In this document: positions 45,797-52,795 of the stretch, one piece after another
How positions within the stretch are numbered: position 1 is the first letter of the stretch
Layout of the letters: each line of letters begins with the position of its first letter
Virus record (IMG/VR): IMGVR_UViG_3300043786_001648
Coordinates: 1 to 52,795 of that record
Source of the DNA: a virus
Lineage: Duplodnaviria; Caudoviricetes
DNA: 52,795 bases
Reading direction: 5' to 3' (one strand)
The notes under the pieces: model-generated
What the model saw: only the letters and a program-made list of their open reading frames with translations
What the model was told of the DNA's origin: nothing
The model's database searches: none
Translations under genes and position numbers: made by a program

Positions 45797-45798
45797 GT

Positions 45799-46071
45799 CT
45801 ACCTCTGCGGCTGCTCGGGGTCTGCGGGAAGGGGAAACGTCGGCGATGCGATCGTGTCCGCAACGATGCGGTGGGCCGGTTCGTCCGGTACCGGGATCAC
45901 CCAGCCCTCCACGGCCTCGCGCGGCTCCGCCCACCTAGCCGTCTGGGCGTCGGGATCGACCGCGCCCGTGGCGGCGTTGACTCCGTCGATCGGACAGCCC
46001 ATGAGGGCGCTGATCTCGGAGTCTGCGGCCTCGGCCTGCTGCTGGGTGTCGAACAAGTACCAGTCTGGCAT
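45799..46071 (-). CDS. Small acidic protein (tail-fibre chaperone-like)
   Basis: GAGG RBS; TARWA.P....GW..PVP; follows the LamG-like gene. Confidence 0.65.
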   Translation of the reverse strand: MPDWYLFDTQQQAEAADSEISALMGCPIDGVNAATGAVDPDAQTARWAEPREAVEGWVIPVPDEPAHRIVADTIASPTFPLPADPEQPQR

Positions 46072-46081
46072 GGATGCCTCG

Positions 46082-46915
46082 TTACGGTGCGCTGTTCTTG
46101 TATGGATGCAAGGCAGGAAGGGACGCCTGCATTCCCCACTTCCACGCGAGGTATCCCTCGAATGACTGTCGCTCCACCGTGGTCAGCATCCTGTTCACGA
46201 CCACGACCTCCCCGATCGTTACATCGGACGAGTTTCCTCCGCCGTTCCATGCGCCGAGTTCAAGCCCAGAGATCGGCCTCGTTCCAGAGTTGACGACGGT
46301 GTTCGTTCCCTGAAGGCTTGCCTCGCTCGCTGCACCGTTCAACTGGCCGACATGGAGATAGTCCGTGTTCTGGGAAAGGGCGCCAGGAGGTCCAGCGCCG
46401 CTTCCAGCAAACTGGTTGAGGCCGTAGGTGATTCCGCCGTCGTTGGAGAAGGTGTTGATGGCTGTACCAGAGGCGTTCGTACCGCCGTCGTTGATGTCGG
46501 CGGACGCCACCATCATGCCGCTCTGGACGAAGTCGGCGGACGCTGGGGTTCGGAAAGCCCACGCGATCGTGAACGGCTGCGCCACGATGCCGAAGGCGTT
46601 GCGGATGTGGGTGAAGGTGGAGTTCACGAACTGGATCGCGGGCTTTCCGCCGATCCCGCTTGCGAGGTAGTAGGGCTGCCACGAACCCGTGGCCTGCGAC
46701 AGGTGGCGGGCGTTGGGGGTCTTGTCGCGCCATTGGCTGACGCGGGACGGAGAGCCGCCCTGCGTGATCGTCGTTGCGTCGGTGGCGTCCACCCACACGA
46801 CGAGCGCGGCACCGAGGGCGTCCGGGGTCCAGGCGCCGCGGCCCGAGGACGCGACAACGGCCTGCCGTGCATGGCGGGCAGCCATCGCGATCCTCGGCCG
46901 CCGGCCCCTGCCCAT
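46082..46915 (-). CDS. LamG/ConA-like lectin-fold virion protein
   Basis: WTP......WVDATD, VSQWRDK, QP.Y, IGEVVV.N..L...ERQ..EGYLAWKWG...LP..HPYK. Confidence 0.8.
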   Translation of the reverse strand: MGRGRRPRIAMAARHARQAVVASSGRGAWTPDALGAALVVWVDATDATTITQGGSPSRVSQWRDKTPNARHLSQATGSWQPYYLASGIGGKPAIQFVNSTFTHIRNAFGIVAQPFTIAWAFRTPASADFVQSGMMVASADINDGGTNASGTAINTFSNDGGITYGLNQFAGSGAGPPGALSQNTDYLHVGQLNGAASEASLQGTNTVVNSGTRPISGLELGAWNGGGNSSDVTIGEVVVVNRMLTTVERQSFEGYLAWKWGMQASLPALHPYKNSAP

Positions 46916-47013
46916 TACTTGCAGCCCTTGCCCTTGGCCTTGCCCTTCGGCATCGGCTTGGCGGACTTCCCGAACAGGTAGGGCTTCTTGCCCGAGGTCT
47001 TCTTCATCTGCAT
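46915..47013 (-). CDS. 32-aa highly basic microprotein
   Basis: Not in ORF track; MQMKKTSGKKPYLFGKSAKPMPKGKAKGKGCK; TAATG coupling to the LamG-like gene. Confidence 0.6.
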   Translation of the reverse strand: MQMKKTSGKKPYLFGKSAKPMPKGKAKGKGCK

Positions 47014-47064
47014 CTCTGCTCGCTTTCCGGGCCAGTGGCCCTTGGTGACACTACGATCATACCG

Positions 47065-47313
47065 TCAACAGGCCCACTTGCGGAGACTCTTGTTGATCCT
47101 GGACTTCGGGTCGCTCGCCGTCTTCTTGGAGGTGAGCCGCCTCTTCATGCCCTGCATCCGGGCGCAGAAGCTCCGCCGCCGGGACCCGCCCTCGGGCTGC
47201 GGCGCCTTCAGGTTCCCGCCGGTGGCGCGGTTGTACGCGGCTCGGCCCGCGGCGTTGAGACCCCCACTGGGATCCCGGTGCTCGGCCTTGAAGTTGAACC
47301 GCTTCTTCGCCAT
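47065..47313 (-). CDS. DUF6321-like small basic protein
   Basis: GGLNAAGRA.YNR.TG.NLKAP...RR.SFCARM.GMK...DP.SRINKSLRKW.C. Confidence 0.8.
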   Translation of the reverse strand: MAKKRFNFKAEHRDPSGGLNAAGRAAYNRATGGNLKAPQPEGGSRRRSFCARMQGMKRRLTSKKTASDPKSRINKSLRKWAC

Positions 47314-47861
47314 CAGCGGTCCTTCCACTTGGAGGGCGCAGGCTTGGTGAAGATGACCCGGCCTACATCATCCACCACTTGCTGCCTTCCCTTCTTCGGG
47401 GCCTTTGCCCTGAGCCCCCTCGAAGTCATGTACCTCTGCTCCTGCCTGGCCTCTTCCAAGTTTTCTTCCCTCTTCCACCGAGAAGGGTTTTCCGGCCCGA
47501 CGCGTTCCATTCTCTTTGCAAAGGTCTGCTTCTTCTTGTCTTCCCGGAGAGGCGGCATCTTGATCTTGCCGCTTCTGTCCGTTGCCTGCTCCATGGCGTC
47601 CTGGATCGCGCCCTGGTCCATCTTCTTGATGGCCGTCTTGTCCTGGAGGCGGGTGTAGAGCACCTTGGGCACGGCGATCTTGCCTTCAGGGATGTCGGCG
47701 CCCGTGGCCTTCCGATAGGCCGCCTGGATCCGCCCTCTCTGGTCCTTGAACTTCTCGATCATGTCGGGCAGGTCGGAAGTGCCCTTCTTGACGCCGGAGG
47801 ACTTGAGCCCGCGGACGAGGTCCACGAAGGCTTGGCGGGCGATGACGACGAACTTGGCCAT
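47313..47861 (-). CDS. Basic hypothetical protein
   Basis: 182 aa, Lys/Arg-rich; TGATG coupling. Confidence 0.7.
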   Translation of the reverse strand: MAKFVVIARQAFVDLVRGLKSSGVKKGTSDLPDMIEKFKDQRGRIQAAYRKATGADIPEGKIAVPKVLYTRLQDKTAIKKMDQGAIQDAMEQATDRSGKIKMPPLREDKKKQTFAKRMERVGPENPSRWKREENLEEARQEQRYMTSRGLRAKAPKKGRQQVVDDVGRVIFTKPAPSKWKDR

Positions 47862-47864
47862 GGG

Positions 47865-48326
47865 TCAGGGTTCCTGGGGGCAGTGGGGGTGAAGGAGGCT
47901 GAGCATGCGGCGGGCGGCGTCCCGCGATTCGTCGATCGTGCGCTGCTCGAGCTCGACGCCGTCCATGATGCGGACCTTGTTGATCTCCTCGACAAGCATC
48001 GGAAGGTTTCGCTCGATGTATTCGCGGGACACCGAAAGAGCGTCCCTCGCGGTGAGACGGCCCTTGGCGATCTTCTCGGAGCCGGGCACCACGAAGTCGG
48101 GCTGGCCGAAGCGGCAGGCGGCCCACATGCCGATCCGGAACATGTGGAGGTTGACGAGGCAGTCGTCGTTGATGAAGAGGAGCGGCACCCTGATGCGCCG
48201 GCACAGTCGGCGGAAGGCGCTCGGGGAGAGCTGCATCTCGGTGCAGAATCTGGACTCGTGGACCCAGCGGAGCCCGCCGCCGAGGCTGAACGACATGCCG
48301 TCGCGCTTCTGCTTTCTCTTGGTCAC
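47865..48326 (-). CDS. Hypothetical protein (possible DNA-binding)
   Basis: GGAGG RBS, GTG start; MQLSPSAFRRLCRRIRVP. Confidence 0.65.
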   Translation of the reverse strand: MTKRKQKRDGMSFSLGGGLRWVHESRFCTEMQLSPSAFRRLCRRIRVPLLFINDDCLVNLHMFRIGMWAACRFGQPDFVVPGSEKIAKGRLTARDALSVSREYIERNLPMLVEEINKVRIMDGVELEQRTIDESRDAARRMLSLLHPHCPQEP

Positions 48327-48327
48327 G

Positions 48328-50940
48328 TCAGCCTCCCTGGTTGAAGCCCATCAGGACGCCGTCGACGAGGGACCGGAGCCGGTCCTCGTTCTTCTGGAGC
48401 AGGTCGGCCTGCTTGCGCTCGGCCCTCGAGAACTGCCGGTCGAACGTCATCTGGCCGGGCACGTCCTTCGGGGGCGGGGCCATGTCGGGCGTGCTGACGC
48501 GCGGGGTGCCGCGCATGGCGGCCTGCTGTTCCCGGAGGTACCGCTGCACGTTGGCCGCGGCCGGGCTGCCGGCTCCGCCCCTTTGGGCGTCCCATGCGTT
48601 CACGCGCCCGCGCGGGACCCCCGAGAAGGCAGCGTCGTCGCCGGTGCGCATGGCGCCGCGGTTGATGAGGTTCTCGGACGGGTAGTCGGTGACGGGGCTG
48701 TTGAAGAAGGTGCGGAGCTTCGAGACGGCCTCGTCGGGGGTGGCGGCCGCGAAGTTCGAGTTGAGGTACTTCTGGGCCTGCTGGACCTCGGGCACGTCGA
48801 AGCCGCCCTTGAGCTGCTTCAGGTTGCCCTTGATGAGCCAGCCGTCGGCGTCGGTCCCGAAGAACGGGTACCACTCGCCCGCAGTCTTGCCGGAGGTGCC
48901 GCCCTGGCTCCGGTAGAAGGGGACGGTCTCGCCGTTCACCTTGAGGAACACGACCGGGCGGCCGCCTTCGCCGGGGCTGTCGATGACGGTGAAGGAGCCG
49001 GTGCGGCCGGTCTTCGGGTCGGTGACGACCTGGAAGGTGGGGCTGTCGGGCGCCGTCTGGAACTCGCGGACGACGTTGAGGTTCTTGGTGTCGGAGGGCG
49101 CCGTCGACCGGCGGAACCCGGGCAGCAGCCCTTGTTCGGCGGTCTCCCGGACCGCGATCCCCGGATCGACCTTGCCCGATGCGGATGCGTCGCGGGCGGC
49201 GGCCTCGGGGGTGGTGCGGGCCGTGGCGGCCAGGCCTTCCTTGGACGCGGGCGCGGGCGCGGGAGCCGCCTTGGCTTCGGCCTGCACGGTCGACAGGGCG
49301 TCGTCGGTGACGGAGCCCGGGGGCAGCTGGCGCGACACGGGCGCGGGCCCGGGCGGCGGAGTCACGAGCGTGCGCTCGAGCTGGCGGTTCGGCGCCGCGG
49401 GACCGGGAGGGGGCGTCACGAGCGTCCGGGGAGGCAGCTGGCCCTGCGGCGGCTCGGGAGCAGTGGGGGGCACCAGGCGCTGCTTGCGAATCACGGGGAG
49501 CATCAGGCCGAGGCCAGCCATGAGGGTGTCGTCCTCCATGGTCTCGGAGGAAGCCGCCTGGTTCATGGCTCCGATTCCGGCGATGCCGGCCCCGACCGGG
49601 GCGCCCGGGCCCACGGCGCTGCCGAGGTAGGCGAGGCTCTCGAGCTGGGATCCGAGGTTGAGGCCGGGGGTGCGCTCGTTGAGGCCCTGGACGCCGGCCG
49701 CGAGATGCTCCCCGAAGCTCTGCGGGCCCTCGGGTCCGGGCGAGATCGTGGTGCCGTAGCGATCGGGGTAGGCGCGGGCGAGCCTGCGGTTCAGGTCGGC
49801 GTGGAAGCCGGCGAGACCGCGCTCGCCCATGGTGGCGACGTCGACGCCCTGACGCTTGTACTCCTCGACCAGCTTCTCGTACTCGGCGCGGTACTCGGGC
49901 GGCCGGGAGGCCCACGCGGCCTCGAGCCTTCCGTCCATGCCGAGCGCGGCCTTCTCCATGGCGCCCGCGGTCACGGGTCCCTGGGCCTGGGCCTCGAGGT
50001 CGGAGAGTGCGGCCATCTGCTCGCCCATCGGGTAGTCGGCGAGCGTCTTGATCATGGCGTTGCGGGCCGCGGGGTCCATCGCGCGGAGCCGGGCGCCGAA
50101 GCCCTCCTCCTCGCGGCCGAGCGCGGCGATCCGCTGCTTCACCTCCGGAGACAGCCTGTTGAGCACGAAGTCCGATTCGGTGGGTTCGCCCGGCTTCGGG
50201 CTCGGAGGAAGCGGCCTGGTCGGCTTGGCGTCGGGACCCCACGTCCTGTAGAACTCGCGGTAGATGGCCGGGTCTATCCCTGGTTCGGCGACTTCGGAGA
50301 GGGCGCTCTGGGGCGTGGAGCGGAGGAGCCCGCGAATGTCGGACTGGGACTTGACAGGCGGAGCAGATTGGGTAGGCTGTTCGGCAGCAGTCGCAGAAGC
50401 AGTCGAAGAAGCAGCACGGTCTCTCTCGTCACGACGCTCCCGCGCGGCCCTACGGGCTGCCCCTTCTGCCCTAGTCCTTTCAAGCATCAGTTCGTAGTTT
50501 CGGGCCGACTGTCGGCCGAGGCGCTCCGACTCGCGCTCGACGGCTCCAAGTCGGTTGAGCTCGTTGCGGTACCTCTCGCCGACCCTCTTGTAGGAGAGGG
50601 CCGGGACTGCTTCGCCGCGGGCCTCGCGCTCCTTGAGCCCGGCGAGCTCGGCCTCGTACATGGTCTTGGCCGCGACACGCTGCTCGGACTGGTCCATCAT
50701 CGAGCGGTACTTGTAGGAGCGGGGGTAGTCGCCGCGGGCGTCCGGAACCTGCCGGGGCCGAGGGGCGGGGGCCGGCGTGGGCGCGGGTGCGGTGGGACGC
50801 GGAGCAGGAGGCGCGACGGGGCGTGCTTGTCGCGCGGCGGCGGGAGCGGCCGTCTGCGGTGGAACCCGGCGGGAGAAGCCCATCGGGTTCGACCAGTCGG
50901 CCGTGAAGAAACTAGACCAGGGATCAGGAAGCTGGGACAT
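48328..50940 (-). CDS. Large low-complexity protein with a compact C-terminal globular domain
   Basis: AAGGAG RBS before ATG 50940; Pro/Ala-rich linkers; domain VPFYRSQGGTSGK..GEWYPFFG...GWLIKG. Confidence 0.75.
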   Translation of the reverse strand: MSQLPDPWSSFFTADWSNPMGFSRRVPPQTAAPAAARQARPVAPPAPRPTAPAPTPAPAPRPRQVPDARGDYPRSYKYRSMMDQSEQRVAAKTMYEAELAGLKEREARGEAVPALSYKRVGERYRNELNRLGAVERESERLGRQSARNYELMLERTRAEGAARRAARERRDERDRAASSTASATAAEQPTQSAPPVKSQSDIRGLLRSTPQSALSEVAEPGIDPAIYREFYRTWGPDAKPTRPLPPSPKPGEPTESDFVLNRLSPEVKQRIAALGREEEGFGARLRAMDPAARNAMIKTLADYPMGEQMAALSDLEAQAQGPVTAGAMEKAALGMDGRLEAAWASRPPEYRAEYEKLVEEYKRQGVDVATMGERGLAGFHADLNRRLARAYPDRYGTTISPGPEGPQSFGEHLAAGVQGLNERTPGLNLGSQLESLAYLGSAVGPGAPVGAGIAGIGAMNQAASSETMEDDTLMAGLGLMLPVIRKQRLVPPTAPEPPQGQLPPRTLVTPPPGPAAPNRQLERTLVTPPPGPAPVSRQLPPGSVTDDALSTVQAEAKAAPAPAPASKEGLAATARTTPEAAARDASASGKVDPGIAVRETAEQGLLPGFRRSTAPSDTKNLNVVREFQTAPDSPTFQVVTDPKTGRTGSFTVIDSPGEGGRPVVFLKVNGETVPFYRSQGGTSGKTAGEWYPFFGTDADGWLIKGNLKQLKGGFDVPEVQQAQKYLNSNFAAATPDEAVSKLRTFFNSPVTDYPSENLINRGAMRTGDDAAFSGVPRGRVNAWDAQRGGAGSPAAANVQRYLREQQAAMRGTPRVSTPDMAPPPKDVPGQMTFDRQFSRAERKQADLLQKNEDRLRSLVDGVLMGFNQGG
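49310..49440 (-). repeat. Intragenic tandem repeat
   Basis: QL..RTLVTPPPGPA..R repeated about 2.5 times. Confidence 0.7.
50351..50378 (+). promoter_or_regulatory. Putative sigma70-type promoter (antisense to the late gene, pointing at the helicase)
   Basis: TTGACA-16nt-TAGGCT in a patch of atypical codons. Confidence 0.5.
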
Positions 50941-50957
50941 AGGTGTCTCCTTCAGGA

Positions 50958-50986
50958 AGGATAATCGGATGACGCTGGGCACACAA
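50958..50986 (-). promoter_or_regulatory. Putative promoter for the leftward (late) arm
   Basis: On - strand: TTGTGT-17nt-TATCCT directly upstream of the AAGGAG RBS and ATG 50940. Confidence 0.45.
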
Positions 50987-52396
50987 CAAAATCCGCTGAG
51001 GACTACGGAGCCGATGAAGGTCGCACGGGCGATGCTGAAGGTCTGTCACGAGGACGGGCTTGGGCTGAAGGAGGTGCAGGGGAGGTTGTTCGAGTGGTAC
51101 GGCGGCAAGTGGGTGCAGAGGGACCTGCAGTGGCTCGAGGACGCCGTGTGGCGGTGGACCGAGGACCTGCACGTGAGCGACGATCCGAACGGGCTCGTGG
51201 TCGAGAGGTACGGGCCGACGGAGTCGAAGGTGAACGGGATCGTGCGGGCGATGCAGGCGCTGTGCCGGGTGGCGGGCACCGAGGTGCCGCAGTGGCTGCG
51301 GCCGGAGCTGAGGGACAGGCTCGAGGACCCCCACTGCTCGGTGAGCTTCAGGGACGTCGTGGTGGACGTGCGGGCGAGCGCGGCGTCCGGGGGGATCGTG
51401 TGCGTGCCGCGGACGGTGGAGTGGTTCGAGCCGTGCGTGGTCGACGTGGATTTGGATGGGGATGCCGGGTGTCCAAGGTGGATGCGGTGCCTCGAGGAGT
51501 GGAGCGGCGGCGACGAGGCGTGGAAGGAGCTTCTGCAGCGGTGGATGGGCTACTCGCTGATGAGCCACCGAAGGTACGCCAAGTGGATGCTTTTTCATGG
51601 GAAGATCAGGGCCGGCAAGGGGACGATCGGAACCGTGATGCGGTGGCTGATCGGCGGGACCGGGTTCGTGGGCACGAGTCTGGACGAGCTGGCCGGCAGC
51701 TTCGGGCTCGACGGGATCGAGTTCGCGCGCGTCATGTGCGTGAGCGAGGTCTCGGCCCTGGATTCGAGGGAGGGAGAGGTCGCCGTGCGGGTCCTCAAGA
51801 ATGTGCTCGGCAGGGACCCGATCTCGGTGAACGCGAAGTACAAGCGGCAGATCCGGAACGTCGTGATCAACGCGGCGCCGTGGGTGCAGAGCAACGAGAT
51901 CCCCCAGCTGCCGAACAAGGGGAGAGGGCTCAGCGGCAAGATGCTGGTGTTGCCGTTCGAACACTCGTTCGAGGGCCGTGAGCAGTTCGACCTGATGGAC
52001 GTGCTCAAGGGAGAGCTGCAGGGGATCGCGGCCTGGGCGCTCAGGGGAGCCATCAAGCTGGAGGCGGCCCCCGAGACCGAGAAGTTTCCCCCCACTGGAT
52101 CGGCCGCGCGGCTGGTCCGGGACTACCACCTGGCCAACAACCCGTTCGATTACTTCTTGGAGGCCCGGTTCGTGAGGAATCCCCAGGGGTTCGTGAGCAA
52201 CGAGGCCGTCCGGAGGGAATGGAAGGACTGGGTGCGGTCCAATAACGTGCAGATGAAGGTGGCCGACAACCAACTGCTAGGGCGTATTGTGAGCGAGAGT
52301 AGCTGGATGTTGAACAGAGTCAGGAAAGGTGCTGAAGGATTGCGCGCGATCGAGGGTCTTTCGCTGAAGAAGGACAAAGACGACGAACTGGACTGA
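50969..52396 (+). CDS. D5/P4-like SF3 helicase (no primase domain visible)
   Basis: Walker A GKIRAGKGT, Walker B CVSE, G.D.ISVNAKYK, SNEIP, VLPF, L.GI..WA..G. Confidence 0.85.
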   Translation: MTLGTQQNPLRTTEPMKVARAMLKVCHEDGLGLKEVQGRLFEWYGGKWVQRDLQWLEDAVWRWTEDLHVSDDPNGLVVERYGPTESKVNGIVRAMQALCRVAGTEVPQWLRPELRDRLEDPHCSVSFRDVVVDVRASAASGGIVCVPRTVEWFEPCVVDVDLDGDAGCPRWMRCLEEWSGGDEAWKELLQRWMGYSLMSHRRYAKWMLFHGKIRAGKGTIGTVMRWLIGGTGFVGTSLDELAGSFGLDGIEFARVMCVSEVSALDSREGEVAVRVLKNVLGRDPISVNAKYKRQIRNVVINAAPWVQSNEIPQLPNKGRGLSGKMLVLPFEHSFEGREQFDLMDVLKGELQGIAAWALRGAIKLEAAPETEKFPPTGSAARLVRDYHLANNPFDYFLEARFVRNPQGFVSNEAVRREWKDWVRSNNVQMKVADNQLLGRIVSESSWMLNRVRKGAEGLRAIEGLSLKKDKDDELD

Positions 52397-52634
52397 CCGC
52401 TGAGGGCACTGACAGGTTTTTCCCACAACATTTCTCCTTATATCTTCTCCCCTTTATCTCTCTCTCTATATCTGTCAGTCTTGTCAGTAGAGAGAAGAGA
52501 GAGAGAGAAAGGGCCTTGGGGCTTCAGGAACGGGGTTCGATGGACCGATAAATGGTCAGACGGCACCGGTGGGTCTGGCGGTAGGTCTGACAGTGGGCCT
52601 GTCAGGGGGCAAAATCTCAGACAAAAATGGTCTT
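52397..52634. promoter_or_regulatory. Putative replication origin / non-coding control region
   Basis: AT-richer; pyrimidine tract facing a purine tract (inverted repeat); repeated CTGACA/TGTCAG; adjacent to the helicase. Confidence 0.55.
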
Positions 52635-52795
52635 TCCCCCAACTTCAGGGTCGCCCGTCAGGGGGCTTGGGGGGGGGTGCAGCGGTGCGTGGGTGGGCGA
52701 GGGTACGAGTTATGGGACTCGGGGACAGGCGCGCCCGTGGTCGAGTATGCAAGCGGCGAGATTCCGAAAGAGCGCGTAAGTGCTTGTGGCACAAG
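52635..52795. repeat. Direct terminal repeat, right copy
   Basis: Matches 1-162 with a 1-nt G-run deletion. Confidence 0.95.

Larger units (their letters stand above)
1229..52097. repeat. Dispersed 9-mer CCCCCACTG/CAGTGGGGG, at least 34 copies
   Basis: Counted by eye: 22 copies on + and 12 on -; positions are listed in the findings. Confidence 0.9.

Noticed and set aside
1229-52097. Interpreting the 9-mer as a classical Chi site, stoperator or phage RNAP promoter
   Set aside because: It is not consistently oriented with transcription or genome arm, is not at a fixed distance from start codons, and no phage RNA polymerase is encoded.
1-52795. Very frequent CTCGAG/TCGA and GATC
   Set aside because: Explained by preferred codon pairs (CTC-GAG, ATC/GTC-GAx); not separable from codon bias by eye.
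1-52795. Integrase/repressor, diversity-generating retroelement, methyltransferase or intron/intein
   Set aside because: No tyrosine or serine recombinase, reverse transcriptase, MTase or splicing motifs recognised in the real ORFs; no TR/VR repeat pair noticed.

Overview
This window looks like one essentially complete ~52.6-kb, high-GC dsDNA phage genome with podovirus-like architecture: portal, scaffold, capsid and tail-tube-like genes plus large ejection-type proteins, with no tape measure or sheath. It is bounded by a 162/161-bp direct repeat. The + strand arm (0.3-17.1 kb) carries small early genes, DUF932 and GP88-like proteins, a degenerate uracil-DNA-glycosylase-like ORF overlapping a divergent family A DNA polymerase, an ERCC4-type nuclease, a holin/spanin-like cassette, a sigma-factor-like protein and a PD-(D/E)XK nuclease + AAA ATPase + putative SSB recombination module. 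The - strand arm (17.1-50.9 kb) carries morphogenesis genes, including an unusual trio of Cys-rich proteins. A D5-like SF3 helicase and a probable origin-like non-coding region close the circle. The strongest unexplained signal is an asymmetric 9-mer, CCCCCACTG (extended consensus aCCCCCACTGnW), which I counted by eye at 34 sites on both strands, mostly embedded in coding sequence. It suggests a genome-wide protein-DNA recognition system. I recognised no integrase, tRNA, CRISPR array, primase or endolysin. A Planctomycetota host is a tentative inference. All family calls come from motif recognition, not database searches.
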